Positions 54,138-63,200 of a DNA stretch of 64,000 nt are shown piece by piece. Position numbers and translations under genes: made by a program. Source of the DNA: Candidatus Omnitrophota bacterium (GTDB lineage: Bacteria; Omnitrophota; Gorgyraeia; Gygaellales; Profunditerraquicolaceae); contig JACQXK010000038.1 in the NCBI GenBank assembly GCA_016208765.1, positions 14,955 through 78,954 of the forward strand, given 5' to 3'. The stretch's first letter is position 1. Every line of letters begins with the position of its first letter. The notes below the pieces were generated by a model, which was not told where the DNA came from, made no database searches, and saw nothing but the letters and a program-made list of their open reading frames with translations.

Positions 54138-54210
54138 AATGAAAAGGGGGCACTGGCGTTCGGCATGATCATTTCGGCTGATAAGCCTACAGGCGGGCAG
54201 CGCCCCCTAA
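54138..54210 (-). terminator. Intrinsic-terminator-like structure after gene C (10-bp GC-rich stem GGGGGCGCUG/CAGUGCCCCC with structured loop, then UUUUCAUU)
   Basis: Lies immediately downstream of the gene C stop codon at 54216-54218. Confidence 0.5.
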
Positions 54211-54215
54211 TTTAT

Positions 54216-57200
54216 TTATTTAGATACAAAGTTTATACCGGCTAAACTTGATTGAAATTCTTCTCCTGTTTTTTCCGACTCAAGCGCAACTAAAAATTGT
54301 TTTAAACCGGTGTCTGTCGCGCAACATTCTTCTTCCTGCTTTCTTAATATATCTGCCATCAGGCTGATTACTTTATCTATTTCCTGATCAAAATTATTTA
54401 CAGCGCAACAATTAGATAAATACTCTTTAATTCTTTGCGCTGAAGGAGTAATTCCTCCATTGAACATCCTCTCAATTGCTTGCCATTCTTTGGCTAAAGA
54501 GCCATCCGTAGAGTAGAGGAGGTTTAAACCTCCTCTACTAACTGGTGACTGGTGACTGGTGACTGGTGACAGCATCCCCGGCTGTGTCACAATCGGCAAA
54601 ACGCGCATATCAATACCACCTTTTTTGTCCGCTGATGATGAAACAGGATACTCAGTATTAACCATCGCAATATTTTCAGCTTCCTTCTTTTTTCTAGCGT
54701 CAACTAAACTAACTACCTTAGGCGGACTTTGTAATGTCAAATTAACACCTAATATCTTTGCTGATTTTTCCCTGATAAGATTAATCTCATCTGTAATAAG
54801 CCCATAATCGGATTGAGAAATAATCTCTTCACCTCTAACCTCTTTTGCATATTTTGATATTATCGTAATAAAACGGTTTACTGCATTCCAAGCATCTTCA
54901 TTGCTTCCGGAAATATTAATCTCGTAGCGCGGTTGTCCAAAAATCTCGTTAAGCTCATCACGAAGCTCTTTAACATTATCCGAACTCAAAGTCGTGTTCT
55001 GCAATATATAATCCCCCAGATGCATTCTTAAAAGCAACAGCAAATCTTTTACCTGTTTTTTATCTACGTTCAATCTGACATCTTCTTGTCCCGCGCTTAA
55101 CGAATAATCCCGGTTTATATTTATCACAGGAGGATATTTTTCCACCGCCGAGGAGGCTGTCGCACCGGCTCCCGCATTAACGTTATCTCTTTCGGTTTTT
55201 ATATTACCTCTCGTGGCATTGAGAATCTGTGATAACAATAATACTGCAGAAGTATCCGCTGCCTGCTGATTATATTTATTCTTAAAACCTATATATGTAT
55301 TAAACGCTCTTGCACCAGCTGCCGCAGGGTCAGCCATGAGTTTCTTAAAATTTTGAAGACTAAATTTCAAAGCTCCTTTTCTTCTGGAAATAAAATCCTT
55401 AGCCGATAAATTAAACAACCAATCCCCAGGAAAATATAAAATTGGTTTTACAAGGCCTGCCGGCTCAAATATATTTCTATCTTCACCGACAATACACAAA
55501 TCTGCGATTGCAAACATTTTTAACAATTCTCCTGTTGTATAGAGAATCAAAACATCCTTTTCCGACATGTCTACAAACTTTTCCGTAGTTGTTCCCCGGA
55601 TTTCAACGATTTTGCTTGCGACCGTTTCAGGTAAACCACCGGGCCATTTTTCTCTTGGCGCAAAAATTAATAGCGGCCTATCCTGACGGGGTAGATTACC
55701 ATATAATTCATCAAATGCCTTAGCCACAGCATTTGCTTCGTGATAATAAGGAGAGCCCACAACAATAATTTTTCTCTTACCGACATTTAATTCTTTTTTT
55801 ATCCGGGCTGCTTCCTCAGAAGCCACAAATTCCTGCATACTGTGTTTAAAAGGAAAGTAGGGCAATGAAACAGAGGCGCCCACCTCTTTATCAACTCCGC
55901 GATGATCATGAAATTCTATCCAGATATACCTCCCATCATCCTGAACCTTGTTGGGCGCAACGAGCTTTTCTGCACGATAACCTGGAAATTCTTTTTCTAC
56001 AACTTCTTTTTCTTGGATATCCCCAAGAAAACTAAATTCGGCTGTGCCGCTATCCAAACCTAATGCTTCAATAAAACCTCTGGCGGCACGAAGCGAAGCA
56101 AACTCATAGGCGACAAACTTAATTTTTTTTCCGCTTAATTTTAAAGCATTTTTAAAAATACGGCCGATTGCGATGATTTGATCGCGGCCGACAGCCTCAT
56201 CTGGCCTGCCCAATTTATCAACTAACTTATTAAATAAAATTAACGCGAGATTCTCAAGTTCTGCCTGAGCATTTTCTTTGCCTATTCTTTCAGCGCCAAA
56301 AAAGACATTGCTGATTCGTAACAAATTTGCTTTGGTTTGCACAGAATTACCGACAACAACTATTTCATCTTTTAAGACAGGAAAGGCAGTCTCAAATAAA
56401 TCCACTGCGTTTTCTTTCGCCAATACACCGGCTTCTACAAGGGTCTCAAAATACCTATCAAAAAACTCCATCCCAAACTCTTTAACAAAAACCTGTAGGC
56501 TATCAATAAACAAGTTATTAGATTCTCTGCCGCTAGCCATAAGCAGAGAAACAAGGCCATTGCCAATTCTTTGCAGATTCTTGGTAGTTTTTTCTGCATC
56601 ATCTTTTACGACAATTAACTCTTTAAATATTACCAAACCCAACTCACACAGAACCCATGCTTCCTCGCCTGAAGATTTAAAAAGCTCAACAAGAACATTC
56701 CAATTTGTTTCCATAAAATGCTCTCCGTATGCTTTATAGAAAACTGGCAGGCTATTTGCAAATAAGAGAATGGCGTTTTCTCCGGAGCTCTGGGCAATCT
56801 CTACCAAGCTATCCCAATGTTTAGTGACAAAGGCCATGCCGACTTCTTTTGTTAACCTGGGTAAAGCAATACGGAATAGAGGGCTTGCTATTTTTTTATT
56901 AGCCCCACAGAACTCAACCAGTCTTTCAGAAATTCCTGTCAAAGAAAGAATTTGCTGAGTCTCTTCAGGAAGGTCATTAAATGAAATTTTTGTAAAAGTA
57001 AAGATTTCTTTATTATAATCTTCCCTGATTGAGCCTCCCACCGCCGATGAGGAAACGTTGGATAACTTAGGCTTAAATGCGATCGCCGCAGGAGAATTGT
57101 CTTTTTCATTTTCAAAAATAATTCTCTCAACTTCTTTCTTTCTATTTTTATAAATGTCAGCTATCAGTTCATCAACATAGGGAACCCTTTTTTCAATCCT

Positions 57201-60200
57201 CGCGCCAATATCGGGAAGCATAAAATCCACAAATAATATATAGCCGTTATCACCCAAAATTTCTTGCGCTTGGGCAATGTATTGCCATACATTCCAATTT
57301 TCATTCCCTATGCCAAGATTAACAGGAGCATATAAATTCATAAATTGCCACATGTTATAAAACACTACCACTACAGGGCCTTTTTGCAGTCCGAATCTTT
57401 CTTTTAAACTATCCTGAAAGTCATCTTCAAAAAAATCTTTTTTGAATATTTCACAGCCTTCTACAGCAGGAAGCGATGCGTTAGCGTCCACATTAATTAC
57501 CCGCCAACCTTTCGTAATAAGCGGGTTCCGGCCACTTCCAATATTTAAAATCACGCTACCCTTAGGAATCTTTAATTTCTCAAGAAATATTTCCAGGTTT
57601 TTTGAAGCCGCTTCCCTGTAATGGCCATTTAAATCATTGAGATGGGGCATTAGAGATACGCGTACGCACGAAGACACATCCTCCACCGCAGAGGAAGCGA
57701 CAGTATCTATATCCTTAGGAGCGAGCGAAGAATCAAGAGGCAGCTCAATAATCTTAGGCTCAACAGAAAGAACTTGGTTATTCAAAATATTAATCATTCT
57801 CCGGCATTCTTTTGTAAGAGCACCCTGAGCGTCATAATATGGCCTCAAACAATAAAGCTCGTCTCCTTTTTGCGAAATCGCTACCTGCCCACCAAGAGGT
57901 TCAAGATAATTTACCAGGGTATCTTCCTTATCTCTAAACCAAGCGGCAAATTCTCTTATTAACAAGTCTTCATTACCCGTATCATAATAAAGACTGAAAA
58001 ATGTTTTAATAAATTCTCTATTGGCTTCTGAAAGACTTAACCATAATTTTTTTAATTCAAGGCGGTAATCAGGATTAATAAAGTATTCCGCGTGATTTAA
58101 TTCATGTTCAACTGTAGCTTTTCCTGCGCCTTGATAGTAAGTTACAATAGCTATGTCAGGAGCGCCAATATATGTATGGCCTGTTCTCACAAGCAACCCC
58201 AGCTTTATTAATTCTTCTTTCATTCTTTCCTCTATGACGTTTAAAGACATGCCCTGTTGCGCTGCCAATGTAAAGAAATTTGCCATATCCTCCAACTTGA
58301 AATCATGGCCCAATGCTCCTTCACACCCAGTTTCTGCCAACTCTTGGTCAAGCCGGCTATCCGAAAGCAAGCCATTTTTCTGTTCTACAAAAAAACTAAG
58401 CCGGTCAAAGGCTAATCCTTGAAACGTAGACTTGTTAAATACGAAAAAGAATACCGGCTTAGAACCATACTTTAATAATCTGTAAAACTCACTTTCCCGC
58501 AGGTTAACATTCAAAATATCCTCTGCTTGCATAAAACTGGATAATACTTCAGAGGCCTGAAGAGGATATCCAGACAAAGATGTTTTTAACTCTTCCAATC
58601 TCCCCTCTTTAAAATACCTGTACCGGAAAGCTGGATCATATTTCAAACTCCTTGCCATCATGTCTCTGTAATAAATACTAGATTCCATGTTTTCTTTTAT
58701 AATTAATCTAAATTCTTTTGAATCAAGAAAATGTTTCAAAATATCTGCTACGGGTTTTACACTACCGTCTCCCTGTAGGATAGCCGGTGCAATAACGAGC
58801 ATTGCCCATAAAAGAATTCTTTTAATAACCCTATTAAAATTAATCATCTTATGATTTCCTGAAAGAATATTGGTTATTGTTGCCGATTCTGTTCCTTCCG
58901 CTACTGAAGAGTTAGCAGATTGCTTAATCGCCGAGGAGGCGACAGTGCTTTTGGCATGAGGCGTAAGCGAAGAATCAAGAGGCAGCTCAATAATTCTTTC
59001 TTCAACAGCAGGCGGGTTAACTTGCGGGCCTGGAAAAACACTTTCTTCCTCTTGCGGTTTTTTTGTTCCGCTAATCATGCCTTCAACGACATTCACCGAA
59101 ATTTTCTTTTCTTTGCCTTTGCCGTCGCCAAGAGTAGCCACCACTAAAACAATCGTATTCCCTTGGTGGATGAGAACAGTATTAGAGCAAGTTACATCTT
59201 TAAAATCATCCTCGGCAATGCCTAAACGCCTGCAGACCTCTTCTTTGCTCTTGATTAAAATATCTAAAGCATCAACTACGGCTTTTTGGGAAACTATATC
59301 CAAATTGCTATTATTCGTGCTCTTGAGCAATTCTAAACTTAGATTATGCGCCTGATATTCCACCTCAAGACGCGGTTTGCTATCAGGGCTTCCTGAATAG
59401 ATAACCATATAGGCAATATGCTGAGCCAGGGCCATAGCTCTTTCTTTCCTTCCCCCTTGCAGCCGGCTGAACCATTCCCACCCAACCACTATAATTGTAG
59501 TAAAAGAAGTTTTGCCGGAATTATACGTAGTTTTCGTCTGAAGAAAAGCCGTGCCATCCCCCATGCCTATTCCTTTCATAAAAAGAACCTGAAAATGATT
59601 ATTTTCATTTCTTAAAAAAGGTTCTTCCGGTAACTTATCCGCCAAATATTTGATGCTTTCCTCAACTAGCCCTGCGTGCTCATTAGATATTCTTATGGAT
59701 TGTTGCAGCCGTTCTTTTGTAACTCTGCCCGGGGCATACCTTTGCACAAAACCTAACAGCCTGTCTGAATAAACAATATCCTCTTGCTCATTGTTGTCAA
59801 AATCTTGCTGGCCTACCACTTCTCCCACTGTCTTTTTTATGCCCTCCAATGCCGTTGCGTTCATAGGCATAATGCCCAAGGCTGCTACAAAAGCAACCAA
59901 AGAAAGCAAGCCCGTCGCTGCTAACTTTTTCTTCACCGCCGAGGAGGCGAAGGATCCAGAGTAAGTAGCCCGATAGGCTTTTTCAAAAGAGCGCAATGCA
60001 ATATCAGAATACTTACCGAGAGACCTATACAGCTCAAAATACTCAGTCTCAATATTATCCTCTGAGACTTCGTTCAAGCTGTATACATTATTAAGATCAA
60101 CTCTCAACACTTCAGAGACCTTGTCATTTTCAACCCTGACAACAAATTGGCCAAGATGGGTATCCCCGGCGATTATTTCTTGATTATGAAGCGTGGCTAA

Positions 60201-63200
60201 AGTTATACCCAAAAACGCTCCCATCTCGCGCAGGAGATTCTCGCTATGCTGATGAACGGATATAAATTCTTTTACGTTTGGCCCGACCCAGTCAGAAACA
60301 AAAATAATCTTGCTTGATTGTGTCATCACTTCAAAAAACTGCTCTTTGTTTAATCCTAATTCACCTGCTACAGCATTATATTCATCCTCAGTACGCATCT
60401 CTACTAATTGCAACATATTTTCTTGTTGGGCGTTGCGTAAAATAGATAGCGTTTCAGAAGGCAAAAGTTGCTCATTCTTTTCTGAGAATGTAATTTTCTT
60501 CTGGGCTATCGTTGCTTCAACATCTAATCTTATCATCGGCAGGTAAACACGCAAAACCCGCGGCACAACCCTTTTACCTCCCGGAGTCCGTATTTGCAAA
60601 CTTAAACAATAGTTCTTAATACTTCTTGGATCAGGCGTTATGCCTCGCACATGCGCCTGTTTGTTATCCACAACCGCCTTAAAACCACTTTCTAATAACA
60701 ACGAATCAACTACTCTGCCTTTTGTTTCATTCACCGCCGAAGAAGCAAAATTTCTTTCACCTATAATTATCTTATCTCCCGGCCGTATATCGGGTATTTT
60801 TGAAAAAAGATTGAATCTGCCCTCGTCATTAACAACGGCATTTAATGCTCTTATTTTACCCGTACTTATTCTATACCTACGCCCAATCCCCCAAAGAGTG
60901 TCTCCTTTTCTCACCACGTGCCGAATCTCGAGAGGCAATCTCAGTTGCTGGCCTGCTTTAATTCTATGCATGCTGCGTAAACGGTTAATCCGGGCTAACT
61001 GCCCTGCAAGTTTTGCATTGCCATAATATTTAATTGCGATATGTCCCAAAGTATCGCGCGGCTTAACATCAATATATACATCTCCACGCTGCGGAGGTGG
61101 CTGAGCAAACTCTGGCGGCGGAATTTCAATGAACTTTTTAATCTCCATATCTAACAATCCCGGGAACCCGGCTGTGATAATTCCGAAAATTAAACCGGCT
61201 GCGATAATTCTAAAAATAGAGACAAGCCCTGATGTTTTTTCTTTATTCAAATGCTTTATCAAATTTATTCTTGGCGTTAAAAATAATTGGCTTGTAGGAA
61301 CCCTGTTATAATTAATAGGTTGAATATTATCTGATTCATCAAATTCAGGTACATTAAATTCAGGCCCATCATTATACGGCCCAGTAATTTCCTGATCCGT
61401 GATAGCTTCCACTGGCTGAGGCATCTTTGCATTGTAATAACCTAATTTTTGTAAAACTTTTTCTAAATCCCTGCGAACCGCCTCAGGTTTGCGGGTAACC
61501 CCCGATTCCCTATTTTCTAATGCTAATGCGCGCAATACTGCGTTAATTGTTTGTTGGTCTCTAAACAGCACCGGCAAGGTTAATTCCCTAAAAGCAGCAG
61601 AACGCACAGAATAGTCCTTATCTCTAATTAAGATTTCAACTAAAATTGGAGTTGAAAAACGATAATCAATCTTAGTAATTATTTTAATTATATCCTTTCG
61701 GACAGGAGATTTCTGGTCTTTTAGTCTATCGCGAAGCAGCTCTAAAGCAGGGTTACCTATGCGAATTAAAACATTTCCTATATTTTCATACCCAGAATCC
61801 CTATTCTCTAAAGCTGAAATAAGCTCAGGCACAGCAGCCTCTCCAATGCTGACCAAAATTTCAGCTGCGTCTTCCTTAATCGGACTGGACACTCCTTTTA
61901 GTAACGCGTCAATCAACGGCTTAACCGCCGGCTTACCAAAATTGGTTAAATCTTTGACAATAACTGTTCTTTCCTGAAAACCAAGTTTTTGGTTTAATCT
62001 GTCAATAAGCAACGAAATTACATAATCAACCCCGCCGTACTTAATTAAACCTTCAAGCGCGGCTTGGTGAACTCCCGGGTCATCATCTCTTAATAAGTTA
62101 AGTAAAATTAACACCGCAGGCTGAGGTACAATGTTTTTTAAAATATTATTACCGGCAAAAAATCCGTTCTTTTCTGAATATTCACGGACAGACCTGTCCC
62201 GCATAGCATTTTCTCTCAATGCCTGGCGCAAACCTTTGATTGAATATGGAGAACGCACCCAGCCAATCTGAACTGCTGCCCGGGCGACCTCCTCCCGGAC
62301 ACTCTTGTTTTCATCCCCGCTTAAATCAATTAAAACAGGAAATGCGGCAGGGTCTTTCATTTGAGCTAATGTTTGGACAACCTTTACGCGAATATCGGGA
62401 TTGGGATCATCGGCTAATCTCAGCAATGAATGTACTGCAATCCTGATTATTCCATCACGAAGAGGGGGGTCAGCCAGTTGAAGCAAAATATTCGTTATTG
62501 CTGAATAAACAGTTAAGCCGTGGTCAGGAAAATATTCTTCTGGAAACATTCTTTCTAAATCACGCAGTATCGTCAACAGATAATCTGTATTATTTCTTCC
62601 TCGCACAATTAATTCAATACGCGCAGACTCACGAGGAAGCAAACCTGCATATAAATCTTTAAGCAAAGGCCCGATGCTTGGATCGTCCGTTGCTGATAAT
62701 ATTGGAGAAGAGGAATTTACATAATTTCCAACCGCCGAGGAGGCGCTGGTACCTTTGACAGGTGCAATCGCGGAGCTTGCATTTTGTTTAGTTAGGGACG
62801 GTTCTGAAACATGCTTAAAAGTATCCCCCAGCGATGGCGCGGCTGCCGAAGAAGCACTATTTCTTCCCGCAAAAATAATTCCGCTATGTGCTTCAGCCTC
62901 TTTTGAACCTTCTCCATAGGCCTTAATAAACTCGTCCATCTCAGCAATGACTTCGTTTTCTAACGGAACCCCCTGAGAAAATAACCTTGCTTTAATTTTC
63001 TCTTTCTCTTGATAGGCTAAATTAAAATCAAAATGCGATAGTGCATCTGCAAAACTATCTATCAACGAAAGGTATTCTTTTCTTGAAGACGCCGCGTCAA
63101 AACTCCTTAACAAGAGAATCAGTTCATTAAAAATGTGCTCTCTAATCCTCTCCTTTTTAACAAATAATTCCACATAACCCTTGTCTTTTTCCTCCAGGCA

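Noticed and set aside
54540-54568. Heptanucleotide repeats as a phase-variation (slipped-strand) switch of the giant genes
   Set aside because: There are only 4 perfect units, the gene A copy is degenerate, and both encode the same conserved peptide in frame. This fits selection on the protein motif better than a contingency locus. Kept as a finding with that caveat and a moderate score.
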